From the IMG/VR virus record IMGVR_UViG_3300015263_000597, positions 1 through 64,000 of that record: a DNA stretch of 64,000 bases; one strand, written 5' to 3'. Shown one piece after another: positions 9,954-20,355 of this stretch (its first letter is position 1; each line of letters starts with the position of its first letter). Below the pieces are notes generated by a model. That model had not been told where the DNA came from, made no database searches, and worked only from the letters and a program-made list of their open reading frames with translations. A program made the position numbers and the translations under genes. The DNA comes from a virus.

Positions 9954-10035
9954 GCATCACGTCAACCAATGTCCAGCGGGTACATAACCCCCGGGCCGGT
10001 GGAAGGCCGGCAGCTATTTACTAAAGGAGTTACTC

Positions 10036-10224
10036 GTGAGTGCGCTACTTCCACAAAGCGGCAAGGACTGGATCGGCAATGACGGCAAGCTTGTACGGGG
10101 CAAATACAAAGGAAAGTACGTTGAAGATGCCCCGCGTGGGTATCTAGTTTGGATCCTCAATGAGACAGATATCAGCGACGGTGATGCTGTTATCATCCAA
10201 GCACATCTTGCACGCAAGTCATGA
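10036..10224 (+). CDS. small GKYKG-motif protein (DUF3820/exonuclease X C-terminal-like)
   Basis: GKYKGKYVEDAPRGYLVWI. Confidence 0.6.
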   Translation: MSALLPQSGKDWIGNDGKLVRGKYKGKYVEDAPRGYLVWILNETDISDGDAVIIQAHLARKS

Positions 10225-10823
10225 GTGTAGATAGAACCATCTGGACCTTGGAGGACACTGAGTTTCCCGATCTACTGCCTATGCAGAACAGATCACCAGG
10301 TATCCATGTGTCAGACGTCATTGATGTATGGCAGGGGTATGAGCAGGACGGTGCGGTAGATAATGAAGTACTAGGCCGTATGCAGCTGGGGTGTGCGTTG
10401 GAGGATGCGATTGTGCACCGAACACTGATGCATTACGGCCTGGATCCGGGCTACGAGCTTGAGATGGACAACCTGTTTGGTACGTTTGATGCCCTCTCGT
10501 ACATAGATACAGGCGTGGCACAGATAGCCGAAATCAAACTAACATCGAAGATCGAATCTCCGCTACCTATCGACTATCCCAACCAGCGTGAAGATTTCAA
10601 CTTCGCCCTTGACGACAAGTTCGCAGCGTGGCAAATGCAACTTAAAGCCTACTGTTACATGTACGGCACGAACTACGGGCAGCTGATTAATGTGCATGTG
10701 CGCAGGGATCTAACAGCGCATTGGCGCCGGAGGACTGTTGTGTTCAGTGACGCAGATCTAGCAACGAACTGGGCGGTGATTAGGAACACGGCCGAGTTCA
10801 TGAGACAGCAGAGCGAGGAGTGA
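10221..10823 (+). CDS. PD-(D/E)XK nuclease (Cas4/RecB-like)
   Basis: RSPGIHVSD, GTFD..EIKLT, QLKAY. Confidence 0.8.
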   Translation: MSVDRTIWTLEDTEFPDLLPMQNRSPGIHVSDVIDVWQGYEQDGAVDNEVLGRMQLGCALEDAIVHRTLMHYGLDPGYELEMDNLFGTFDALSYIDTGVAQIAEIKLTSKIESPLPIDYPNQREDFNFALDDKFAAWQMQLKAYCYMYGTNYGQLINVHVRRDLTAHWRRRTVVFSDADLATNWAVIRNTAEFMRQQSEE

Positions 10824-10826
10824 AAC

Positions 10827-11561
10827 ATGCCGCTTAAACTTGTCAAAGGCCCTATCGTTCAATCTTTCAGAATTGGCATTCACGGCAGAGAGCTGTCCGG
10901 TAAATCGTGGTTGGCGCTAACAGCTCCACGTGATCCCGTTCTGTATCTACACAACGACGAGCGACAACGTGGCACGCTGGACGCCGAAGCTTTTGCTCAT
11001 CGTAACGTAACACGCTGCGATTATGGCGAAGGCATACGTGGCGAAAGTCCGTCTGATGTGCAAAAGGTAGCACAGCAGAGAGTAGCAGAACTACAAGCGC
11101 TTGCAAACGACGCGTCACAGTGGGCAGGGACCATCATCCTTGATACGGAGACCGACCTGTGGACGTTGTACAAGTACGCATTCCATGGCGGCGAGAAAGC
11201 CGATTCTAAGGGCGGGCGACGCAACAACTGGGCAGAGATTAACGGTGTGTGGCGTATGTTTTTCAGCACACTGCTTAGCGGACGCTCGGACTTAATCGTG
11301 ATATCCAAAGACAAGCCAGTGTATGTGGACAACGAAGACACAGGCAGGATCGTGGCCAAGTGCTCATCAGAGATACCTACGTTGTGCGAGGTAAGGCTAG
11401 AGGTCGAGAGGGTGGACACGAACGGCGCATCAACGTTCGGTGCAAAGGTGATAAAGTGCAACGACGTCGCTAGACTAGGAGAAGTGTTCTACGATTCTAA
11501 TTTGCCGGCTATTATGGAGAGCTTGTACGGGCGTAACGTGTGGGAGGTGAAGGGTGACTAG
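10827..11561 (+). CDS. AAA_24/Sak4-like P-loop ATPase
   Basis: IHGRELSGKSWLALTAP Walker A, TIILDT Walker B. Confidence 0.75.
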   Translation: MPLKLVKGPIVQSFRIGIHGRELSGKSWLALTAPRDPVLYLHNDERQRGTLDAEAFAHRNVTRCDYGEGIRGESPSDVQKVAQQRVAELQALANDASQWAGTIILDTETDLWTLYKYAFHGGEKADSKGGRRNNWAEINGVWRMFFSTLLSGRSDLIVISKDKPVYVDNEDTGRIVAKCSSEIPTLCEVRLEVERVDTNGASTFGAKVIKCNDVARLGEVFYDSNLPAIMESLYGRNVWEVKGD

Positions 11562-11766
11562 TCCAAAATACAAAAAGGGCGATAAGGTCCGGCATGTCGT
11601 ATCCAACGAAAAGGCTGTGATTATAGGCTATAACAAACATATAGAGAAAGGAGATGACGGCGAAAACTACTTGGTCTGGAGCGGACAATACACAGTATCT
11701 ACTGGTTTTGGCCAAACAAGCAGCGTATTTGAGGGAGAGATAGAATTGCGCAGTGAGGACGACTGA
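11554..11766 (+). CDS. small SH3-like hypothetical protein
   Basis: KYKKGDKVRH...FEGEIEL pattern. Confidence 0.5.
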   Translation: MTSPKYKKGDKVRHVVSNEKAVIIGYNKHIEKGDDGENYLVWSGQYTVSTGFGQTSSVFEGEIELRSEDD

Positions 11767-12569
11767 TGATCTACGTAGACAAAGCCGCTGGGTCTAAGGA
11801 CTTGATGGATGTACCGTGTATCGCTGAACAAGGGTGCATGACGGTACTAGACTCCGGCGATGTTTACTTCATCGGTGAAGGACCGCACGGTGCTGTAGAC
11901 ATTGGCATAGAGGTAAAAAGCGTTGCTGATCTAATTGCATCGCAGCGTTCTGGACGACTAACGACGCAACTCGAACGCATGCAAGACAGGTACGGAGCTG
12001 GGCAGATGTATCTATACTGGTACGGACATGTGCGTGCAAATGCCGCTGGCGGATTAGAGTACTCCACTAACCCGATAATGCCCACCAGACAGGCAAAGTT
12101 TGATGGTCCTGGCGGCCACCACCTTGTCAAGTACTCTTACCTTAAGCACTTGCTATTCTGCATAGAACAAGCTGGCTTCATAGTGTGGCATGGCAACACG
12201 ATACAGGACGTAGCCGCGCAGGTACGCTGGCTGTATGATACATGGCAACGGCCCTGGACGGATCATAGGTACCTGCGGACTATCGATACCAGCCAAACTA
12301 TCAACTGTACGGCGGTGTATAGCGCAGACCGTGCCGAGAATGAACGAATGAAAAGACTTGTAGGGTCTGTGTCGTTTTGGCCAGGTGTAGGGCTAGTAAG
12401 AGCAGAGGCCCTAGCTAAGGCATTTAGCTCCGCACGAGAGCTGTACAACGTAGACCGGGCAGATATCGAGGCTATACCCGGATTTGGCAAAGGGCTGGCT
12501 AAGCGTATCTGTGAATGGCTAGACAAGAGGAGACCAGGCGAGTGCCTAAAGAACACATGCACGCCTTGA
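11766..12569 (+). CDS. ERCC4/XPF-family nuclease with HhH motifs
   Basis: IYVD, LDSGD, GIEVKSVADLIAS..GRL..Q; C-terminal WPGVG and IPGFGKGLA HhH motifs. Confidence 0.85.
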   Translation: MIYVDKAAGSKDLMDVPCIAEQGCMTVLDSGDVYFIGEGPHGAVDIGIEVKSVADLIASQRSGRLTTQLERMQDRYGAGQMYLYWYGHVRANAAGGLEYSTNPIMPTRQAKFDGPGGHHLVKYSYLKHLLFCIEQAGFIVWHGNTIQDVAAQVRWLYDTWQRPWTDHRYLRTIDTSQTINCTAVYSADRAENERMKRLVGSVSFWPGVGLVRAEALAKAFSSARELYNVDRADIEAIPGFGKGLAKRICEWLDKRRPGECLKNTCTP

Positions 12570-12756
12570 TAGCTGGAGACTGCGTACGACACAAAGCCTC
12601 TGGCGTTAGTTACATCGTAACATCTAATTACCGTGAACGTGTTACTGCTGTACGTACAGTAGATATAACACGCCCTGATGAATGGGAGATAGTGTACAAG
12701 GTGTACCAATACGTCGATGGTGATGTCTATACCGACAATGGCTAGCGGCAAGTCTC

Positions 12757-12785
12757 TTGACGCCAGCTCACGCCTGCTGTACAGT
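12757..12785 (+). promoter_or_regulatory. sigma70-type promoter
   Basis: TTGACG-17 nt-TACAGT; -10 overlapped by near-palindrome GTACAGTACACTGTAC. Confidence 0.6.
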
Positions 12786-12817
12786 ACACTGTACTGACCT
12801 ACTGATAAAGGACACCC

Positions 12818-13471
12818 ATGACTACGCTGCTCTCACTCTCGCCAGACTTTGACCTCGTTGACGCCCTTGTCGAATACCTACCTAGACACCATGCGCCGTT
12901 GAACACTGTGCGATTACGTTCAGTGCCATTGTACCTAAGTACCGCAGTGGAACGTGCGCGCGCCTCGGTAAGCAAAGACCCTAGGTTCACTGAGCACCCG
13001 GATATTAAACGGACTAAGGTCTCCGCATCCGCAGTTATTGGGTGTTGTACATACGAAGGTCTCATGCTAATCAATCAACACGAGTATGTAGTGCAGTTAA
13101 TGGAACTAAAGGAGGATTTGCTACTTAATTACAAATTCGCAGATACGCAAATGGAGGACGATGTGTTTAGTATACTGCGGGAGTACCCGGTAGCGTTACC
13201 TACCGCTGAGCGTAGAGGGCAAAGTACGGCAGTGTCCATTCCTGAGTGGCTGTTTAACAAGATCACGGATACAAAGAACGCACTAGGGTGCTCGATGGAT
13301 GCCGCTGTGTTGTTTGCTACAGCGGTAGTATTGAAAGACCTGTTCTATATGAGAGAAAGTCACAAGGAGAGTTTGGACAGAAGTATGAAAGCATTCTTTG
13401 CGTCAGTGCAGAGACGGATAGCGATTGGGAATAGGCTAAAACCGCTGGTAGACTTTGTACCGACGGGGTAG
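12818..13471 (+). CDS. hypothetical protein
   Basis: 217 aa ORF with AAGGA RBS behind its own promoter. Confidence 0.6.
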   Translation: MTTLLSLSPDFDLVDALVEYLPRHHAPLNTVRLRSVPLYLSTAVERARASVSKDPRFTEHPDIKRTKVSASAVIGCCTYEGLMLINQHEYVVQLMELKEDLLLNYKFADTQMEDDVFSILREYPVALPTAERRGQSTAVSIPEWLFNKITDTKNALGCSMDAAVLFATAVVLKDLFYMRESHKESLDRSMKAFFASVQRRIAIGNRLKPLVDFVPTG

Positions 13472-13688
13472 ACATGCGTAGATGGAAACAAGAGCGAGTT
13501 AGCGCAGACCTCGTGCGTCACAGGCTAGAGGTACTTGGGGCAAACGTAGCTGTTGGTAGAATAGAAAGCTTTGCTGCGAAGTGTATAGCCTACCTGCCAG
13601 GAGGCAATGTGCTATATGAAGGTTCAGATATTGAAGTAGCGAAGACAGCTGTTGAACAAGCAATAATTGACGCTGAAAGAAGAATGTC

Positions 13689-14108
13689 ATGTACGTAGCT
13701 GTACCCACTTGGAGAGCCGCAGGTAGATGACTTGATTACTTGAAGCTCATAGACCTAGAGGACGTATTGCCTAAGTACGATGAGACTCAGCAGCAGTGGT
13801 TAATCAGAATGGCAGCTGAAGGGTTGCTAAAATCAGACAAGGACATCTCTTTATGAACACATCGGCATGTCAGCTACCAGGCGTAAGTAGCAGTACGAGA
13901 CTTTGAGATCTTAAATACCGATAGAGAAAGCAGAGTTGAAGATGTACTTATCAACAACGGTGAGCGAGATTGCTGCTGGGTGTCTGGTGACATGTGTCTC
14001 AGCTGTCAGATATACCGTTGGCATACCGGGCTCAATAGACGAACTAGTAAACCGACTTATCTTTCAAGTCCTTGGCTACCCGACGGTTATCTACCCGCAC
14101 TCTCGTAA
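13689..14108 (+). pseudogene. probable pseudogene (one frame, three internal stops)
   Basis: ATG 13689; in-frame TGA 13728, TGA 13854, TAA 13884; protein-like sequence continues to TAA at 14106-14108. Confidence 0.4.
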
Positions 14109-14146
14109 TCTATCTACCTCACCTAGGTACCACCCACCCGCGTGTG

Positions 14147-14198
14147 TTTCTTATTCTTATAGATGCACCGTACTGACGTACTGAGATGTGGGAGAGGG
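14147..14198 (+). repeat. conserved intergenic element, copy 1
   Basis: ATGCACCGTACTGACGTACTGAGAT (14163-14187) is the exact reverse complement of 39263-39287; flanks are also similar. Confidence 0.85.
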
Positions 14199-14262
14199 CA
14201 CGGCGTATTACCGCTATGTTACGGCGTAGTACCGCCTAGGAAAAATTTTTTGCAATTGCAGC

Positions 14263-14291
14263 TTGACAACGGGACGTAAGTGGAGTAGGGT
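14263..14291 (+). promoter_or_regulatory. sigma70-type promoter
   Basis: TTGACA-17 nt-TAGGGT with AAAAATTTTTT UP-like tract. Confidence 0.65.
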
Positions 14292-15334
14292 TAGAGATGT
14301 CAGAGGGCTTAGCAAGCTTGCCGCTGTTTTTCTCGATAGTGTAGCTAACTGAAGAGGATCACAGATAGAGCCCTCTGGCAGCTCGGATTCTACCTGGAAG
14401 CTCAAGACTGGCTGAACAGAGGAGTAATGGAATGGTACAATGCGCAAACTGCAAACAGGAACGCTGCCAATGTGAGCGGATCATCGTAGACTGGTCTGAA
14501 GACGGCTATAACTGTCGAAGCGGACTTGTGCCATTTTATGCTGAAACAAGAGATGAGCTTGAAAGCAAAGTACGTTCAGCAGTTGGGAACAAAGTACGTT
14601 TTAACTACCCGGACAAGATGATCCCTAAACACCCAAATGTAGACGTGCTAAATGCCGCCGTAGATGAATTTGTTCGTCGTAACCCTAGGACAACGCAATG
14701 AGCATGCTCAACTGCGACCGCTGCGGCAACTCCTGCCACATATCACATAAGTGGACATACTGCCCAAAGTGCGGCGGGCCTATGAAGCACGAGAGTGAGT
14801 CTAGTAGCAATAGACAACAGCAGGCTGAATATCGTGAGTACCTGAGACTCAAAGGCAAATTCGATAAAGGGCGCACGTGGTGAACTACCCAACTGATGAG
14901 CAAAGGAGGCATCGTCATGCAAGAACACACCGAAGAACTGAACGAATCGACTGCCTACGCCGACTGGCAATCTAGTATAGAGGAACCAAGCACACCAGTT
15001 ACCCCAGAGGAACTAGATGCCGCATGGGAAGAATTCAGCCGACGACGCAAGACACTGGATTACACGCCGTGCGACTGACTAGACTACAGCGGAAAGCCAT
15101 TGCGTACCTTGCTAGTCGAAGCGAAGGAGGCACCGCGTACGGTCTGTATAGTTCTGAGTTTAGTTTCAGCACTGTAGGTGTGGCAAAGAGAACGCTCTCG
15201 ACGCTTGAGCGTAAAGGGTTGATAGACGCCGTGGGCACTAGGTACTACGCGAAGAAAGGGAACGTGTGCCAGCAAGCGGACGCAGCAGGCTCTCTAGAAG
15301 AAGCAGAGGCTGACTCACACGATAACACCCCAAC

Positions 15335-15410
15335 GGGCATTTAGCTCAGTGGTCAGAGCATCCGGCTCATAACCGGTAGGTCGACGGTTCGATCCCGTCA
15401 AGGCCCACCA
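15335..15410 (+). tRNA. tRNA with CAT anticodon, most likely tRNA-Ile2 (lysidine type)
   Basis: 76-nt cloverleaf: D arm GCTC/GAGC, CTCATAA loop, GACGG-TTCGATC-CCGTC T arm, encoded CCA; lacks the initiator C1:A72 mismatch; resembles bacterial Ile2 tRNAs (isotype less certain than the tRNA call). Confidence 0.9.
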
Positions 15411-16339
15411 CAGCACTCTACACAAGAAAGGCGCACATGACTATGATAGATGTAAGAGAACACATAGCGAGTCTGTTCATAGACATTCAGAAACACGACA
15501 CCGCAGGGAGCTTCGTAGGACTAGTGTTAACAGACATCGGGCTAGAGCTTTGTCTGGGATACAAAGGAAGTGACGGACAAAACTACCTGCAAAACACAGC
15601 AGACTGTAAAAGAATAAAACAGTTCTTAGCCTGGCTGCCTGTACCATCCCTTAGCCATTTCAAAAAAGCGCTTCCACAGTACGCAGATGTTTTACCAGAA
15701 GACGCACCAGAGGACACAAGATGAAAGCAACAGCACAACGCGCAGTTACTATCACAATAGAGCTAAATGAGACAGAAGCTTGCTGGCTTATTGCAAACAT
15801 GCAGAACCCACTACACGGCGTGCAACCTGATCATGAAATAGATAATGACAGGGCGTGCAGGATAGAGCTATTTACTGCGCTATCACAAGTGCTTGCAGCA
15901 CAGGACGGAGAAAACTAGCGCCAGCTTTAACCGCGCAGTCCAGACAAGGAACACACATGGAAAGAGTCAACATAAAGTACCTAAAGATGGCAGAAGAAGC
16001 GAAAGCGCACTTCTCTAATAACCTTCATCATCTCACGTACACAGACGGAGAAATTGAAGACGGGGATCTACTCGCTGTCTACTGGAACCCGTACTCAATT
16101 ATCGTGCTAGGTGTTGATGAGCCCATGCGTGTTGAACTAGACGACGCAATGCCTGGGCGAGTGCTTATCGAAGATAGAGCGGCTAGTGTTGACAACCAGT
16201 GCCTGCTGCAACTAACTGTCAGTGAGGCAGCGTGGTTACGAGATGCTGTAGAATGCACTGATACTAAGCCCGGTGCAGACAATGTAGTCAAACTTGACAT
16301 AATGGGCGCACTTACTAGGTTCCTTGACGGAGAAGATGA

Positions 16340-16924
16340 ATGAGAACCTTCGCCGAACTTCAGCAGGAGATTGCCACTATCAATCGCGCCAATGGCTGGT
16401 CGGATACTCCGCGCACTACCACGCAATCACGTCTGCTCATCGATAGCGAACTGTCCGAGCTATTCGAATGGCATCGTAACGGTAACGGCGTGTCTGATCA
16501 TATACCGCCGTACTCAGGCGTAGAAGAAGAACTAGCAGACGTGCTTATCCGTTTGCTTGATACATGTGAACGGCACGGCATAGTCATACATGACGTAGCC
16601 ACTGCGGCGATAAACAGCACATATGTAGGCTCCGTAGAGTGGTGCGAAGAAAACAACATGAAAACGTTTAGACAGATGCGTGACTTCCTGCTTACACCCT
16701 CTAAATACTACGATCGGGAGCATGCGCTATGTGTTGCAAAAACAGTGCTATGGGCACCAAGCACTCTAGACTCAGATCGTGCACTGTATAACACAGTATG
16801 GCGTCTGCTAGACTGGGTTATTAAAGTCGCATATTCAGAATGCATTTATCTGCCATCCGTTGTCGACGACAAGCTTGATTTCAACCGCACACGTCCACAC
16901 CGCCATGGCGGCAAGACAGTGTGA
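16340..16924 (+). CDS. MazG-like NTP pyrophosphohydrolase
   Basis: LIDSELSELFE..EEELADVLIRLLD; C-terminal KLDFNRTRPHRHGGK. Confidence 0.8.
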   Translation: MRTFAELQQEIATINRANGWSDTPRTTTQSRLLIDSELSELFEWHRNGNGVSDHIPPYSGVEEELADVLIRLLDTCERHGIVIHDVATAAINSTYVGSVEWCEENNMKTFRQMRDFLLTPSKYYDREHALCVAKTVLWAPSTLDSDRALYNTVWRLLDWVIKVAYSECIYLPSVVDDKLDFNRTRPHRHGGKTV

Positions 16925-17610
16925 GCAAAGGAGACAGAGCCATGAGCACAAAGCCATCAAGGGACTACTTTAGCAATGACGTACTAGCGCAACCTGTGCT
17001 AGTGCCGTTCGGCGAACTGCTAGACTTGCGTGACAGGCTGAACGCGCTAGAAACAGGCCAGGGTGGTAACGCTGAGCCACCGCCTGTAGACCCACCAGTT
17101 GATCCACCAGTTGACGTAATCCCCCCTATAGTTGGCGACAGGGAGGCACGATCCCTGCTGTACGTCTACGCCGAAGATGACAAGGATAAGGGTCTAGACG
17201 TCAGCTTAGACCTTGCGCTAGTGCGCAAACCGAATGAGTGGCTAGTAGTGGCCAAGACGTACGAGGGCGGCACGTGGAGTAAGCCACTAGACAAGGCATC
17301 ATGGAAGCTATCAAAGGGACAAGATATTGTCATCGTAGAAGGAACTGTTGTAGACGACGTACTGCAATTATTCGACGGATCAAAAACACACCATCTACAG
17401 CTACCGTCCGGCGGATTTCGCGGAACTGCCAAGTCCAACCAGCAAGGATCTCTGCCTGAACATCCATCATTCTGGCCAGACGCACATATCACGATTACGA
17501 TGGACGGAACGCCACTTAGCAAGTCACTTCTCGAAACAACTGGCGTTACTCTCCTCCTTGGACACGAGTCTTTCTCGGTAACTCTTGACTTTGGTCAGCC
17601 AATAGGATAA
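16921..17610 (+). CDS. hypothetical protein with PPVD-repeat linker
   Basis: PPPVDPPVDPPVD linker between a short coiled coil and a beta-rich domain; ATG 16942 is the likelier start. Confidence 0.6.
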   Translation: MSKGDRAMSTKPSRDYFSNDVLAQPVLVPFGELLDLRDRLNALETGQGGNAEPPPVDPPVDPPVDVIPPIVGDREARSLLYVYAEDDKDKGLDVSLDLALVRKPNEWLVVAKTYEGGTWSKPLDKASWKLSKGQDIVIVEGTVVDDVLQLFDGSKTHHLQLPSGGFRGTAKSNQQGSLPEHPSFWPDAHITITMDGTPLSKSLLETTGVTLLLGHESFSVTLDFGQPIG

Positions 17611-17683
17611 GATCACTCTGTGCCAGCTACCTAACACACAAGAAGCGTCGTGCTCGCTACATGACCAGCTGGCATAGCCCACA

Positions 17684-17716
17684 CCCTGAGGGGACGCATC
17701 CCCTCAGGGCCTTTTT
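17684..17716 (+). terminator. intrinsic terminator
   Basis: CCCTGAGGGGA-cgca-TCCCCTCAGGG followed by ccTTTTT. Confidence 0.8.
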
Positions 17717-17739
17717 ACACCAGTAAAGGAGATACCAAG

Positions 17740-18471
17740 ATGCGAAAATCCACGATCGTGCTCGTTGCACTACTCACCTCTACTATGTGCTACGCCCAAA
17801 GAGACTCATCACGAGTGTCTGTCAACTTCGTGTTCAACGACACTGATGCAGTCGGTGAGATGTGTGAAGCGTTGTGCGGCAAGCAGGAATGCACATCTGT
17901 TACGGCTGACGACACCGCAGACTTTGAATCCTTTGTACAGACTGTAGGTACTGAGCAAAAGGCCGTTTCTAAAAGTGTATCTGGTGGCGTATCGGTAGAC
18001 TGCACGAACTACAAACGATACGGACAGCGGTTCCTCGATATTGCGCAAGCGTACCGCACTGGTGCGGCATGTCCTATGCAGGTACCTTGCGCACGGGCCG
18101 CATGGTCGGAGAAGTGGTGGGTGACTGTTAGCAAGAATATGCGGGCGTGTAGAATGGACGCACCGTTCAGTGATACCGAGATCACCGAATACTTTGGCGC
18201 CAGCGAGCTACCCGCAATAATGTGGCGACAGGACTACGTACCGAAGAATCCAGCAACGGTAGCCATAGTGTCCAAAGTACAGCGAGTAAACGTTGTTCAG
18301 TACTTACACAAAGCTACTGAATGGATCGACGAGAACAAGCCAGAGGTGCGATATCGTAACGAGGACCTTTATCAGCTAGCGGTCAGTATTGCACTGCGTG
18401 AAATGGACGTCATGGAAGAGGAAGGTAGGCTGGAAGGATTCTGGCTATACAGGGTAGTTAGTAGGCAGTAA
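17740..18471 (+). CDS. secreted Cys-rich hypothetical protein
   Basis: MRKSTIVLVALLTSTMCYA signal-peptide-like N-terminus; AAAGGAG RBS. Confidence 0.65.
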   Translation: MRKSTIVLVALLTSTMCYAQRDSSRVSVNFVFNDTDAVGEMCEALCGKQECTSVTADDTADFESFVQTVGTEQKAVSKSVSGGVSVDCTNYKRYGQRFLDIAQAYRTGAACPMQVPCARAAWSEKWWVTVSKNMRACRMDAPFSDTEITEYFGASELPAIMWRQDYVPKNPATVAIVSKVQRVNVVQYLHKATEWIDENKPEVRYRNEDLYQLAVSIALREMDVMEEEGRLEGFWLYRVVSRQ

Positions 18472-18888
18472 CTGTCATGAGTTCTCGTCGAGCCACTTTA
18501 AAACGGATGATCTATCACCTTTTGAAGCAGCACGTATTAGCTCCTTGTACTCAGGGATCATCAAGCACGATTCGCACGTACGGAGTTCTGCAACTCTGTC
18601 TTGCAGTTTGCCTATCTCTCTAAGCAGTTTCTGTTCCGTGCCGGTACTCATGTCGGCCTCTCACACGCACTAGTACGCCACACAGTACCTGTTACCCTCG
18701 ATACGCGGCTCAACGTAACGTGCAAACAAAGAGCCAGCAGAATACCCGATGTGCAGGTCAATGTACTTGGCACCAATGACAAGTACCAGCCTGCGACTAG
18801 CAGTGGACGTGTCAGGAGTTTCCAGGTCTGCCCAGAGGTAAGCGCTTTTGATCATTTTTATGAACATACTAACCATCGTGCTATCACC

Positions 18889-19203
18889 CTACGTTGCATC
18901 TACAACAGGCGAACGGAACCATACGTAGGCTTCCCACCCCCATTGCGCGTCTTCGTCTTGCTGAACTTTGATCTCCACTGTGTGACATTCATAGGCTTGC
19001 TCCAGTGTGTAAGACAAATTAGCGGCACGGGATTCAGCTTGAGTCTTGGTACGTCCGTCAACACGGACCGCGAAGTGTCGGTCAGACATGCCAGGACACG
19101 GGTAGAATTCCAGTTCAGCAGTAGAGAAGTCAAAACAATTGCGAGCGGCTTGTGCGTTGAGGCGAGCAACAATAGCGCAGATCTTTTGGGTCGCAGTGTT
19201 CAT
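18889..19203 (-). CDS. hypothetical protein
   Basis: 104 aa ORF with GGGAG RBS; second gene after sigma54 promoter P1. Confidence 0.55.
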   Translation of the reverse strand: MNTATQKICAIVARLNAQAARNCFDFSTAELEFYPCPGMSDRHFAVRVDGRTKTQAESRAANLSYTLEQAYECHTVEIKVQQDEDAQWGWEAYVWFRSPVVDAT

Positions 19204-19243
19204 GGTGTCTCTCCCGGTTTAGGTGGCGGCCAGTGTTTAGAGT

Positions 19244-19528
19244 TTAAGCGAAGAAGGACATGATGCGAGAATCAATGACGGTCCTAGGGGCGGGAGTTTC
19301 AAAAGTAGAAGAGAGGACAGCATTCCCAGAGGAATCAAAAACCCGCGCTTTGCCATACCGATCAGCGCTAGAAACAACGTTAAAGACCTCTTTGGAGCTG
19401 ACAGACTCACTACGGATGCTGACGTACGCAATAGTCTGGGTGTAAGCTATGACACTGACTTGACGGCTGTTAATCCCAGCGTCACGAAGGGCTCGGCGAA
19501 TGGTCTTGGCGTTGGTGTTCTTGGTCAT
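19244..19528 (-). CDS. hypothetical protein
   Basis: 94 aa ORF with TAGGAG RBS; first gene after P1. Confidence 0.6.
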   Translation of the reverse strand: MTKNTNAKTIRRALRDAGINSRQVSVIAYTQTIAYVSIRSESVSSKEVFNVVSSADRYGKARVFDSSGNAVLSSTFETPAPRTVIDSRIMSFFA

Positions 19529-19583
19529 TGTCTTGCTCCTAGTCTAAGTTGTGCAGGCTACCCCGCGTTATGCCAGTCTATGT

Positions 19584-19732
19584 AGCAAGAGCTGTGCCAA
19601 ATGGTCTCATAGCGTAGAATACGCCTAGGCACTTGGCTACACGGGCTCTAGACCACTAACTGCACCGTACCCGTAGCATAGAATCATCCAATGATTTGGA
19701 CTTATTCAAATTTCTGGATACGGATTTTTGGA
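19584..19732 (-). promoter_or_regulatory. sigma54 promoter P1 with triple upstream box array
   Basis: TGGCACAGCTCTTGCT (19599-19584); 14-bp boxes at 19687-19700, 19705-19718 and 19719-19732. Confidence 0.8.
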
Positions 19733-19927
19733 TTCCACCTGGCTATCTAGCTCGTCTGCGAATCTCTCCAGAGCTAGCAGTATGATCTCTGTCATGAAGG
19801 CCGGGCGGTCGGTCGCTCCAGGCTTCCGCCAATCTCGTTTAACCGGTATCCGTATCTGTTCACGAATGGCGTTTAGTCGCGCCCATAGGTCGGGGGGTAT
19901 GTTACGTAGATGGTAGTTATGGGCCAT
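19706..19927 (-). CDS. Arc/ribbon-helix-helix-like regulator
   Basis: NYHLRNIPPDLWARLNA...MTEIILLALERF. Confidence 0.6.
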   Translation of the reverse strand: MAHNYHLRNIPPDLWARLNAIREQIRIPVKRDWRKPGATDRPAFMTEIILLALERFADELDSQVESKNPYPEI

Positions 19928-19929
19928 TG

Positions 19930-20274
<345 letters not shown>

Positions 20275-20301
20275 GGTATGTCTCCTGATCTGTGGTTGGT
20301 T

Positions 20302-20355
20302 GGCTCATCAGTGACTAGGTACCACCTAGCCAGACGGGGCGTACCCCGTTTCGCC
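20302..20355 (-). ncRNA. type II hammerhead ribozyme 1
   Basis: minus strand GGC-GAAAC-GGGG-tacg-CCCC-GTC-TGGCTAGG-tggta-CCTAGTCA-CTGATGA-GCC: complete catalytic core and stems I-III. Confidence 0.88.

Noticed and set aside
9960-10020. Small structured RNA after ORF 9015-9953
   Set aside because: Only two short hairpins, with no promoter or recognisable family motif; insufficient support.
14349-14370. CTGAAGA (and CTGATGA near 14893 and on minus near 39633) as further hammerheads
   Set aside because: No correctly placed GAAA, stem II/III or NUH cleavage triplet.
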